From the NCBI GenBank assembly GCA_040753435.1, contig JBFMEN010000003.1, forward strand, positions 10,916-74,915: a DNA stretch of 64,000 nucleotides. Direction: 5' to 3'. This document shows, piece by piece, positions 56,801 through 64,000 of the stretch. This DNA is from Candidatus Omnitrophota bacterium (lineage in GTDB: Bacteria; Omnitrophota; Gorgyraeia; Zapsychrales; JANLHA01). The position numbers and the translations under genes were made by a program. A model generated the notes under the pieces. The model was not told the origin of the DNA. It did no database searches and worked only from the letters and a program-made list of their open reading frames with translations. The stretch's first letter is position 1, and each line of letters opens with the position of its first letter.

Positions 56801-59800
56801 CGGCTATTCGTGGGAAGAAAGTGACGGTTAAGCTTGTCAAGGGAGCGGTTGTCGCGATTTACGATGAACGCGGATTTATGGTGTGGTCGGAAAACCGGGA
56901 GAGCGTCGGATTTGATATTTTGAATAGTCTATGGAAGTCGGGGGACCTTCAAAAGTTACTGGAACTTTTCGGTGAAGAGGGAACAAATCGTCTCTTGTTC
57001 TCTTTTTTTGATGATTTGACGCCGAAAAGTTTGATAGACTTTTTTCGGGATTACAGGAGTTTTGGGGTCCGGAAGAAGTTTCGGAAAAAGAAGTATGAAG
57101 AAACATTGAAGCCTTCGGAAATTGTTAAAAAGCTGGGCGCGATCGGCCTGCTTCAGAAACAATCCTCAAAGGCCGACTTTCAGGAAGTTTTACGGCAGCA
57201 GTTATTTTCGCTTGTCTATAGTTCTATTGTACGGGACTATAAATTCATCGATGCGATCGAAAAGGAGGTTAAGAGGAATTCGTTTGATCCGGTTATTAAA
57301 AATGCTTTTGAAGAGGTTATCCGCACTTACAGAGATCTGGGAAATTTTCATGTTGAAGGGATTCGATCCCCTACTCAATTAAGATTTTATCAAAAGCGCG
57401 GAGTCAAGTTTATTCTGGACGCTAAACGAGTTCTCCTGTCTGATCAATCGGGGTTGGGAAAAACTTTACAGGCCTTGACGGCGGCGGTTAATGCTTATGA
57501 TGGAAAAGGCGGGAAAAAGATTCTTATTATCTGTCCGGACGTATCCATCCGTAATACGTGGATTAAGGATATTCAACGTCATTTAAAAGGTGAACAGAAA
57601 ATTTATGTTGTCGGCAGCAAAGCAGACTTTAATTCGATTAAAAAACGGAACGATGCCAGGGACGCAAGGTTTATTATTGCCAATTATGAGGTTTTAAGAG
57701 GGGAAGATGCCGCCGGTCTCAGGCAGAATATAAAGGATTTGGGGATTGATTTTATTATTGCTGATGAGGGGCACAGGATTAAGAACAATTCCCAGCTGAC
57801 TGAGGCGGTCCAGGAGTTCCACGCTCCGTACCAGGTCCTGATCAGCGCTTCCGCCCAGCAGGGAAGGACGATTGCCAAAATTTTTAACCTGCTGAATTGG
57901 CTTTATCCGGAAAGGTATCCGGACAGAAAGGAATTCTTGCGGAAGTACGGTAATGCTGAGGGATACTGGCAGTTGAAGTCTGAAATGAGAGGCTTTATGC
58001 TGCGGAGACATAAATCAGACGTCCTGGCGGACATGCCGGAAATTAACGTGGAGTTTCTTCCCGTGCAGCTTAAAGGCGAACAACTGCGTTTATATCAAGA
58101 GATTGAGAAGGAGTTTGATGAGATTACTGAATCGGGTGATTATCTGCGAATGGGGGGAGTGATCCTGAATTTGATTCGAGTGGCGCTGGATACAGCCTTG
58201 ATCAGAGATATCTTTTTAAAAGATTTAGACGCTCAGGAAATTATTCCGGTTAAAGTGGGAGGGTATTACGGAAGAGTCGGAGACGTGGAATACAGGTTCT
58301 CCTTTTCATTTAAAGATCCGGTTTTTTCTTATACTGATTCATCAGGGAAGAAATATTCTATGAAGGTGAGGGATGGGGACATTGTTCAGATGGGTGGACG
58401 AACGTATGAAATAGGAATTAAGGAAAGAAAATCGGTTTCAGCGAAGTATGAGGCCCTTGACCGTATGGTCGATGACATTGTCGGTGAAAAAAAAGAAAGC
58501 ATGGTGGTTTTTACCGGCGCGCGAAAGGCTGTTTCTTATTTAAAGCAACGATATGAAAAAGAAGGATACGAAGTGGTCGGCATTGATGGAGATGTCAGCG
58601 CGAAAGCAAGGGAAGATATTCTGAAAAAGTTTAATACGGCCGGGAGACCGATTATCCTTGTTTGTACCTATCAAACATTGGGTGAATCCATTGATATTAC
58701 CGGAGCGCATTACGGGGTCTTGCTGGACAGCCCATGGCTTGACCGCGAACAGATCATGGACCGGCTGCATCGATTGGGGCAGCTGCATGATGTCTTGTTT
58801 ACGATTATTGTTGCAAAAGACACCGTCGATGAACATGTAGAGCAGGTCAATATGGAAAGCGATATGATCAAGAGCATTGTTCTTGATAACCTTAATGTTT
58901 ATAACAGGCAAAAGGAATTGAGCAAAAGATTAATTTTGGAGAAAGTCAGAAATAAAGAACTTTATTCCCAACTTAGAAGATTTCAAGAGAAGGTCCGGTT
59001 AATTGGAAGCGACGTGGAGAAAAAGGCCCGATCGGCAAGACTTTTGACTGAATATAAAAAAGGCAATCTGAGCGTTCTTTACGGAAACCATCGTTTCGCT
59101 GCAGAACTTGAAAATATAAACGGGGAGACCGTTTATCTTGACGGCCTTTTGGAGCTTGTGAATATGGTGAAGGATCTAAGTGCCGATTCAAAGAATGCGT
59201 TAAAAGAATTTTTCATTCAACGTTTTAAAGACGAGAGGCAGAAAGATGTCAGGGTTAAAGATATGATCCTGTGGGATATTTGCAATCAAATTATCCCCGG
59301 TTTTATTAATATCGATTATGACGGAAAATTGGAGTTTATGATTGAATGGGGAACTTATATATTAAGAAGGCTGATCGTTAACCCTGACCTCAGTAAGGAA
59401 GAGTTGATGACAGGATTGGGGGATGAAGCCGGAGACCTTTTTAATGACACCATGCATCTTCTCGACACATCGAATATCCTGAAGTTATTTTCTCTGATGA
59501 CGGTCATCCCTCAATCCTATTATTATGAGGGAGAGCTTCTCAGGTATGAACCGGCGATCTCTGTTTATTACGCGAATGGAAGAATCAGGTACTGGGATCA
59601 ACAGATCGTCGATAACATTGCGCCGGGATGGCAGATCAGCGACGGTGAGATTTATTCGGGAATAGAGGGGATTGAGCGGGAAGGCCGGCGGGTCCGGGCT
59701 CTGGAAGAATCAGAGGAGAAGCGTCTGGCCAATCAGATACGGCTGGGGAACAAGGCGGCGGAAAATCTTCTGGTGCGGGCGTATTTCCGAAATTTGAAAC

Positions 59801-60558
59801 CGATCGCGAAACGGGTCATCGAGAGCGGAAAGCTGGAGAAGGCATTCGGTTTAAAAGTCGCCGGTGTTGTGGATTTGGAAAGCCTGGTTTCCGCCGGGGA
59901 AGAGGCATTGGTAGATTTGATTAATGTCTACTCAGAGCACGAGATCTATTACAATACGCCGCTTAAAGATTTTCTCCGGAAACGGTTGAATCCGAGAATG
60001 TATTCGCTCGGGTTTCAGATAGCGGAAGAGATGTCCAGGTCGGTCGACCCTGAAGAATATTATCGAAGCGAATTGCTGAGCGAAGATCCTGTCGACCCAG
60101 GTAATTTGGAAGTGGGTGAACAAAAGAAAATTTTTGCCGGTCTGCTTGAACGGGAAGGTTTTAGCGATATAGAAGCTGAGATGATCATGCTTTTTGTTTT
60201 TGAAGGTTATTCGGAGAAGGAGTTGCTGGAAGAATACTTTCAAAACGGTTTAAGGGATCCGAGCGAACAGGACATACGGTATGTGGAGAATCTTATTGCC
60301 AGCTTTCAACATAAAATGAATGTTTTGGGCAAGGAAAACCTCCTTAATATTCTTGATGAAGGGCTTCCTGTTGATGAGGATGTGGGAGGTATCAATCTTG
60401 ATCCGGCGATCTTGAATATCGAGACCCGTGGCAGCGGTTTGGAGAAAGGCTTTTCCGATATTGATATGACACTGTTTGACGACTCTTCTTTCGCGGGATT
60501 TATTCCTGTGATTATCGACATTGCTCCTGCGAATTTATCAGGGTTTATAGCAAATTAG
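53806..60558 (+). CDS. Giant (2250 aa) multi-domain protein. It has a signal peptide, a conserved about 370-aa N-terminal domain shared with the downstream paralog, 6-7 novel ~90-aa tandem repeats, an SNF2-family helicase (DEXH ATPase plus helicase-C) and a C-terminal sigma-70/ECF-like region 2 plus region 4 module
   Basis: TTG start. Signal-like ..CFLAFSFVFNPVIGYA. N-terminal domain LVRYFLASLTVPDKELWVNLSPYERDRIIP...TWELDSGELSKQIVREVILPEIEREVNEGKNFAPLRQIYNSMILATWFK. Repeats carry V.V.D..G..I(F/Y)PF..N.VY..A.Y..GKI.GG.L..P.G...R.ELNK.....P.FTGVI.K. SNF2 motifs SDQSGLGKTLQAL (motif I), IIADEGHRIKN (motif II), LLDSPW..EQIMDRLHRLGQ (motif VI). C-terminal LGNKAAENLLVRAYFRNLKPIAKRV (sigma region 2.1-2.2-like) and AEMIMLFVFEGYSEKELLEEYF (region 4-like). 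Confidence 0.85.
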   Translation: MRKINCLKFHAAGKALTCFLAFSFVFNPVIGYAQIGLNPSSSPVLPVPGAMVPLSGAFDPAIINGIKIFPDNPFRLEFLIGSGQSELEGDDFREESKKLVRYFLASLTVPDKELWVNLSPYERDRIIPEAFGITEMGRDLLAQDYLLKQVTASLMYPDGSPGKEFWLRVSAKAYEQYGVTDVPVDLFNRVWVLPDRAVVYEQGDTAFVIESRLKVMLDSDYEAMQGSQEPKSPSSKEKDFTWAHGHMGTWELDSGELSKQIVREVILPEIEREVNEGKNFAPLRQIYNSMILATWFKRSLREGLLNKIYVGKNKIEGVDISDKQAKEKIYQRYLEAFQEGVYNLVKEEYDPVLKEIVPKRYTSGGMEFGLRLDQTVKNVTSLSSAQSKDFAMLVKDKGIRKVSVDLERSAKTIPALSYAIYQDAEYINGRIEGGRLFRPGGAKDIFELRVHLDETPLDFSGVVKMILPKDGTLTMFGKGYWQGWEEYRGEPVIIVINNRNVVEVYNSQNQKIFPFGKNIIYPGGTYRNGKVNGTPFNPHGARTKVTIKDYIGENPEFTGVIHRVQLNNHGGLPSMEYLGVKWANMSGYENAFVTIVVEKGRATAIYDASGKQIFPFPHNYVHFGAQYKDGKITGGVLATPHGISSRYELNKLLSAARKKDPGMSCVVEKVPLNDKGGLTYFLGVGKYWADKAGYEKALVTIVVTNGDEITVYDERGKKIFERLRKEENFVYLNARYEEGKIVGGTLLNERGTFDRRELNKIVAPHPGFTGVIDKVRLSFNGGLVKFLGKNVWMGMTEYAYQMVTVVMADGEVTEVYDRSNEPIYPFKENFIYKGARLEKGKIIGGELVNPQGFLDKTFIGKYLNEPENEDFTGVIETRLLFDGGLPVGLEEPGWSLQTEYKHKFVFIVKEKGKTVGIYDEEGTRLFPYDANFVYWNADFIDREIKGGKLLTPAGVRTRKNLNELLAEYPDFTGIITKLPFHDSGRLGQVKDGIYLDYVSAIRGKKVTVKLVKGAVVAIYDERGFMVWSENRESVGFDILNSLWKSGDLQKLLELFGEEGTNRLLFSFFDDLTPKSLIDFFRDYRSFGVRKKFRKKKYEETLKPSEIVKKLGAIGLLQKQSSKADFQEVLRQQLFSLVYSSIVRDYKFIDAIEKEVKRNSFDPVIKNAFEEVIRTYRDLGNFHVEGIRSPTQLRFYQKRGVKFILDAKRVLLSDQSGLGKTLQALTAAVNAYDGKGGKKILIICPDVSIRNTWIKDIQRHLKGEQKIYVVGSKADFNSIKKRNDARDARFIIANYEVLRGEDAAGLRQNIKDLGIDFIIADEGHRIKNNSQLTEAVQEFHAPYQVLISASAQQGRTIAKIFNLLNWLYPERYPDRKEFLRKYGNAEGYWQLKSEMRGFMLRRHKSDVLADMPEINVEFLPVQLKGEQLRLYQEIEKEFDEITESGDYLRMGGVILNLIRVALDTALIRDIFLKDLDAQEIIPVKVGGYYGRVGDVEYRFSFSFKDPVFSYTDSSGKKYSMKVRDGDIVQMGGRTYEIGIKERKSVSAKYEALDRMVDDIVGEKKESMVVFTGARKAVSYLKQRYEKEGYEVVGIDGDVSAKAREDILKKFNTAGRPIILVCTYQTLGESIDITGAHYGVLLDSPWLDREQIMDRLHRLGQLHDVLFTIIVAKDTVDEHVEQVNMESDMIKSIVLDNLNVYNRQKELSKRLILEKVRNKELYSQLRRFQEKVRLIGSDVEKKARSARLLTEYKKGNLSVLYGNHRFAAELENINGETVYLDGLLELVNMVKDLSADSKNALKEFFIQRFKDERQKDVRVKDMILWDICNQIIPGFINIDYDGKLEFMIEWGTYILRRLIVNPDLSKEELMTGLGDEAGDLFNDTMHLLDTSNILKLFSLMTVIPQSYYYEGELLRYEPAISVYYANGRIRYWDQQIVDNIAPGWQISDGEIYSGIEGIEREGRRVRALEESEEKRLANQIRLGNKAAENLLVRAYFRNLKPIAKRVIESGKLEKAFGLKVAGVVDLESLVSAGEEALVDLINVYSEHEIYYNTPLKDFLRKRLNPRMYSLGFQIAEEMSRSVDPEEYYRSELLSEDPVDPGNLEVGEQKKIFAGLLEREGFSDIEAEMIMLFVFEGYSEKELLEEYFQNGLRDPSEQDIRYVENLIASFQHKMNVLGKENLLNILDEGLPVDEDVGGINLDPAILNIETRGSGLEKGFSDIDMTLFDDSSFAGFIPVIIDIAPANLSGFIAN
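55270..56900 (+). repeat. Six to seven diverged tandem repeats of about 270 bp (~90 aa each) inside the giant gene
   Basis: The recurrent protein pattern (..T.VYD..G..IFPF..NFVY..A.Y..GKI.GG.L..P.G...R.ELNK.....P.FTGVI.KV.L...GGL..) was read from the translation. DNA identity between units is low, so the repeats are ancient. Confidence 0.6.
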
Positions 60559-60639
60559 CATTTTGGATGATTGTTTTGGTAACTGTGATTTATTAAAACA
60601 TATAAAATAAAGAAATTAATATTAAAAAAGAGGGCCAGC

Positions 60640-63600
60640 ATGAACCAAACGATTACAAAGAACCATTTCAGTACCTGCATCCGTGTCATTTCCAGCTTTC
60701 TTGTTGTCACATTTCTCACAACGACAGTCTTGCCTCCGGGATACGCCCAGACCATCGGCTTGAGTCTTCCGGTTCCCGGCGCCATGGTCGGTCAGAGCCA
60801 GGCGTTTGTTCCGGCGCTTTTAAAAGGCATGACCGTTTATCCCGATAATCCTTTGCAGTTTGATTTCATTATTGATTCAGGACACGAAAAGCTTAAAGAG
60901 CCGGAGCTTAAAAAAGAATCCGGGCGGCTGGTGAAATATTTTCTGGCTTCGATGACAGTTCCGCAAAATGACCTGTGGGTCAATTTATCGCCGAATGAAA
61001 AAGACCGGATTATTCCGGATGAACTGGGCAAAACCGAACTCGGGCGTGATTTGCTGGCGCAGGATTATATTTTGAAGCAATTGACCGCGACCATGATGTA
61101 TCCGGAGGAAGAGCTGGGCAAAAAATTCTGGGAGCGCGTGCGAAAAATCGCGAAGGAGAAATACGGCATTACTGAAATCCCGACGGATACGTTTAACAAG
61201 GTCTGGATCCTTCCCGAAACAGCCATGGTTTATGAATATGAGAATACAGTTTACATTACTGATGCGCATTTGAAGGTGATGCTCGATAGCGATTACGAAG
61301 CGATGCAGCAGAAGGGTGCCCAGGAGCCCAAGAGCCCAGGTTCCCAAGTAAAAGATTTTACTTGGGCACATGGGAACGTGGGCACATGGGAACTTGATTC
61401 CGGTGAACTTTCGAAACAAGTTATTCGAGAAGTCATCCTTCCCCAAATCGAAAAAGAAGTCAATGAAGGAAAGAACTTCGCCACTCTGCGCCAGATCTAC
61501 CATTCGCTCATTCTCGCCAAGTGGTACAAACAAACCGTAAAGAACAGCATCATGTCGCAGGTCTACATCGATCAGAACAAGACCGCCGGCATCGAGATCA
61601 ATGATCCTGCGATGAAGGAGACGATTTACGACCGCTACATGCAGGCCTACAAAAAAGGTGTGTTCAACTATATCAAGGAAGACTACGACGAGCTGAGCCA
61701 GACGGTTATTCCGCGTCAGTATTTTTCGGGTGGTTTCAAAGACTCGGCCATGGTCGTTGAAAAGTCCGACAACACCTTTAAGGTTGCGAAGAGTGAAGTG
61801 GGGGCGGAATACCGCTCTCGCGTCATTGTCAGGCCGACAGCGGCAGCAATTGTTTTCGATGATGATAAATTTTTTCCTGCTCTTTCCAGGCGTTTTGTTC
61901 ATCTGGTTCTGGCGCCCGTTTCTTTGGCAATTTTAGGGGCGGTTCTTTTTATTGCCGTCCCGGGAGAGAACCTGTCGTTTGCCCAACCCGCATCAAGCCC
62001 GACGGTGGAAGCTGTTTCAGAGATTTCAAAATCACTGGATACAGTTCGCCAGGCGAAGATCGACGTCGCGCAGGATGATTATGGATATGAATATTTAATC
62101 ATTAACTTGTCATTTGCGGCTCCGGAAATAGGCGTTAGAAGGCCGGGCTGGAACGTCATCCCGCTGCAAGACAATAAAGTTTTTAAGACTGATCAGGCGG
62201 TGGATCAGTTGTTGCTCCACAAGAACGATCCCCGGGCCGCGTCAGGAATTCTTGAAGCGGCCGGGTTTAACACCCATGCCATGATGGCAGCGGCAAAACT
62301 TGACGAAAAAGACAGGGCCGGCCTTATTCCGATTCTTCATCAAAATTTAAAAAACAGCAGCGATATTATCGTTGAAGGCGCGCTTAAGGCATTGTCTGAA
62401 TTCGATAGCGCGAGTTTGCGATCAGTGGTGCCGGAGTTGCTTAACTTGCTGAACCGGCATAATCCCGGAATAAGGTTAGAAGTCATGAGTTTGATTTTTT
62501 CCAAGGATCTTCAAACATCCGATCCTGATAAATTTGCTTTGGAACTGGCCAAACTGATGAATACGGAACAAGATCATACTGTTTTAGCGGCCGATTGGCT
62601 CGGAGTCGAAAATTATTCCCGGGCCGAACGTCAGGGGAAAATTCCCCAGGTCATGGAGATTGTCGATTCGCTGGAAAGAGAGACGCGCATCATTGCCGCT
62701 TATATCGCCGGAAAGTTGGGGACGAAAGCAAATGGATCTGTTGACGGCTTGATCAGGAATCTTTCGAGTAAAGATGCCGGTCTTCAGCTGATCTCTGCTC
62801 AAAGTCTCGGGAAAATCGGCCCACTTGCCGAGAAGGCCCTTCCCAAACTTGAGGAGATCATGAATACGGCGGGTTATGAAGCGGAACCAAAAAGGGCGGC
62901 CGGGACGGCTTATAAAAGAATTAAGAATATCCCGCTTGATCCGGGAGAGGATAAGGAGACTTCGCCCAGGACGCTTTCCTTTTTCAAAGAAGACGATCAG
63001 GCGATGCTGGCTGCCGATACGGTTGATCTTAAAGAAGTGCTGGCAATGCTTCCCCGGGAACTCAGGGTTGGCAGAAATTCCCGGCGATCAATAGATTTGC
63101 GTTTAATAAGTCCGGATGAGTGGAATGATTTATATCCGCAAGCGACAAACGGTATTTTGTTTCAGGATTTTCAGTCTTCTAGAGGCGGACAGCCGCAGGG
63201 CGACGGGGTTATGAAAATTTCTATCCGGGACGATGTTACCGCGAAGGCCTTTCTTCAGGAGTTTGCCGGACAGGGGCTGCACCGGCGTCTGGGTCTTGAG
63301 GATGAGGGGCTCTTGAAATTAATTGATGAGGTCAGGACCGAGCCGGATCATATCGCGGATACGTTATTTGTTCTCGATGAGGAAATTCAGGGCGTACGCG
63401 CGGAATTAAAAGGCCATGACCGAAAAAAGAGAGAGACGTACTTGCAGTCCCTGCTTCAACGAAGAGAAGATTTGCGTTTGTCTTTGAAGCGGGCCGTTGA
63501 GAAAGCAACGACCGATCCTCAGATTGTCGTGGCGGTGGATGGATCGGGTTTTGACGATGATCATGACAAAAATGGAGGGGCTGAAAGAATTTATGGAATC

Positions 63601-64000
63601 GGGGGAATGATGAAAATTTTTTCCGCCGCGGCGGCTTCGGCCCTGGCGTCTTTTTTCTTTTCTTTTGAGACCGGGGTTATTACCGGGGTTGTCTCCCCGG
63701 GGGCGGGTATTCAATCAATCGCAAAAGGAATGGGGCCAGCTGTTGTAAGTGTTACATATAACGATATTATCAATCAGACACCGGAAGCTGTCGCAGTTTT
63801 TCATGAGCTTGCCGGGAAAGGGGAAATATCAGGACTGGGGCTGATGCTTCAGGACGGATTTGATGTTAATGCGACGAACGATGACGGAGAAACAGCGCTG
63901 ATAACGGCCATTAACCGGCGGCAGGTTGAAACCGTAAAATTTCTTCTTGAGCAAGGCGGTAGTCCTGAGCCCGCCGCGATTAAGTTGGCGGTCGCAAATA
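60640..64000 (+). CDS. Second giant-gene paralog, with more than 1120 aa inside the window and its 3' end beyond it. It has a signal peptide, the same conserved N-terminal domain, a transmembrane helix, HEAT/ARM-like repeats and a C-terminal ankyrin repeat
   Basis: ATG at 60640 with an AAAAGAGGG RBS. The N-terminal about 370 aa are roughly 60-65% identical to the 53806 product (..KYFLASMTVPQNDLWVNLSPNEKDRIIPDELG.. / ..TWELDSGELSKQVIREVILPQIEKEVNEGKNFATLRQIY..). The TM helix is FVHLVLAPVSLAILGAVLFIAVPG (61885..61965). HEAT-like units read LIPILHQNLKNSSDIIVEGALKAL, VPELLNLLNRHNPGIRLEVMSL, GLIRNLSSKDAGLQLISAQSLGKIG. The ankyrin unit is DGETALITAINRRQVETVKFLLEQGG. There is no in-frame stop to the window end. 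Confidence 0.8.
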   Translation, partial: MNQTITKNHFSTCIRVISSFLVVTFLTTTVLPPGYAQTIGLSLPVPGAMVGQSQAFVPALLKGMTVYPDNPLQFDFIIDSGHEKLKEPELKKESGRLVKYFLASMTVPQNDLWVNLSPNEKDRIIPDELGKTELGRDLLAQDYILKQLTATMMYPEEELGKKFWERVRKIAKEKYGITEIPTDTFNKVWILPETAMVYEYENTVYITDAHLKVMLDSDYEAMQQKGAQEPKSPGSQVKDFTWAHGNVGTWELDSGELSKQVIREVILPQIEKEVNEGKNFATLRQIYHSLILAKWYKQTVKNSIMSQVYIDQNKTAGIEINDPAMKETIYDRYMQAYKKGVFNYIKEDYDELSQTVIPRQYFSGGFKDSAMVVEKSDNTFKVAKSEVGAEYRSRVIVRPTAAAIVFDDDKFFPALSRRFVHLVLAPVSLAILGAVLFIAVPGENLSFAQPASSPTVEAVSEISKSLDTVRQAKIDVAQDDYGYEYLIINLSFAAPEIGVRRPGWNVIPLQDNKVFKTDQAVDQLLLHKNDPRAASGILEAAGFNTHAMMAAAKLDEKDRAGLIPILHQNLKNSSDIIVEGALKALSEFDSASLRSVVPELLNLLNRHNPGIRLEVMSLIFSKDLQTSDPDKFALELAKLMNTEQDHTVLAADWLGVENYSRAERQGKIPQVMEIVDSLERETRIIAAYIAGKLGTKANGSVDGLIRNLSSKDAGLQLISAQSLGKIGPLAEKALPKLEEIMNTAGYEAEPKRAAGTAYKRIKNIPLDPGEDKETSPRTLSFFKEDDQAMLAADTVDLKEVLAMLPRELRVGRNSRRSIDLRLISPDEWNDLYPQATNGILFQDFQSSRGGQPQGDGVMKISIRDDVTAKAFLQEFAGQGLHRRLGLEDEGLLKLIDEVRTEPDHIADTLFVLDEEIQGVRAELKGHDRKKRETYLQSLLQRREDLRLSLKRAVEKATTDPQIVVAVDGSGFDDDHDKNGGAERIYGIGGMMKIFSAAAASALASFFFSFETGVITGVVSPGAGIQSIAKGMGPAVVSVTYNDIINQTPEAVAVFHELAGKGEISGLGLMLQDGFDVNATNDDGETALITAINRRQVETVKFLLEQGGSPEPAAIKLAVAN

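Noticed and set aside
60985-61902. 305-aa minus-strand ORF inside the second giant gene
   Set aside because: It is antisense to a region that is strongly conserved with the paralog on the + strand (the N-terminal domain). Its composition is unlike neighbouring genes and it has no RBS.
1-64000. Search for tRNA, rRNA, integrase, transposase or IS inverted repeats
   Set aside because: No T-loop (GGTTCGAATCC-like) cloverleaf candidates were found in the intergenic regions. No rRNA-like conserved blocks and no transposase or integrase-like ORFs were recognised, so none are reported.

Overview
This 64 kb window is almost entirely coding, mostly on the + strand, with ~48% GC and no rRNA, tRNA, CRISPR or recognisable IS elements. 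The gene content suggests an uncultured Gram-negative lineage, and the giant secreted genes point to Omnitrophota or a similar candidate phylum (inference). It contains a housekeeping backbone, accessory loci and two giant paralogous genes. Backbone genes include cysD (partial), trxA-panD-def-lipA, an mla lipid-transport operon, mscS, yggT, ybaB, greA, rsmE, a SpoU methyltransferase, a Zn-dependent alcohol dehydrogenase, glycosyltransferases and a TPR membrane protein, plus several two-component and phosphorelay genes. Three regions stand out. (1) At 5.4-12.1 kb there is a locus resembling the Pseudomonas Fap functional-amyloid system. It encodes two paralogous secreted repeat proteins whose conserved N- and C-terminal amyloid-like motifs flank very large low-complexity tandem-repeat linkers, followed by a FapD-like C39 peptidase and a FapF-like coiled-coil plus beta-barrel outer-membrane channel. 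(2) At 26.9-28.8 kb there is an orphan TPS-domain protein (TpsA-like, two-partner secretion) with a (PEPPDP)n spacer. (3) At 53.8-64.0 kb there are two giant paralogous genes sharing a conserved signal-peptide-bearing N-terminal domain of about 370 aa. The first is 2250 aa and carries six to seven novel ~90-aa repeats, an embedded SNF2-family helicase and a C-terminal sigma-70/ECF-like region 2 plus region 4 module. The second is more than 1120 aa, runs off the window end, and has a transmembrane helix, HEAT/ARM-like repeats and an ankyrin repeat. All calls are based on reading the sequence and ORF translations, without database searches. ORF-track starts were trimmed where an internal start gives a better RBS, signal peptide or operon junction.
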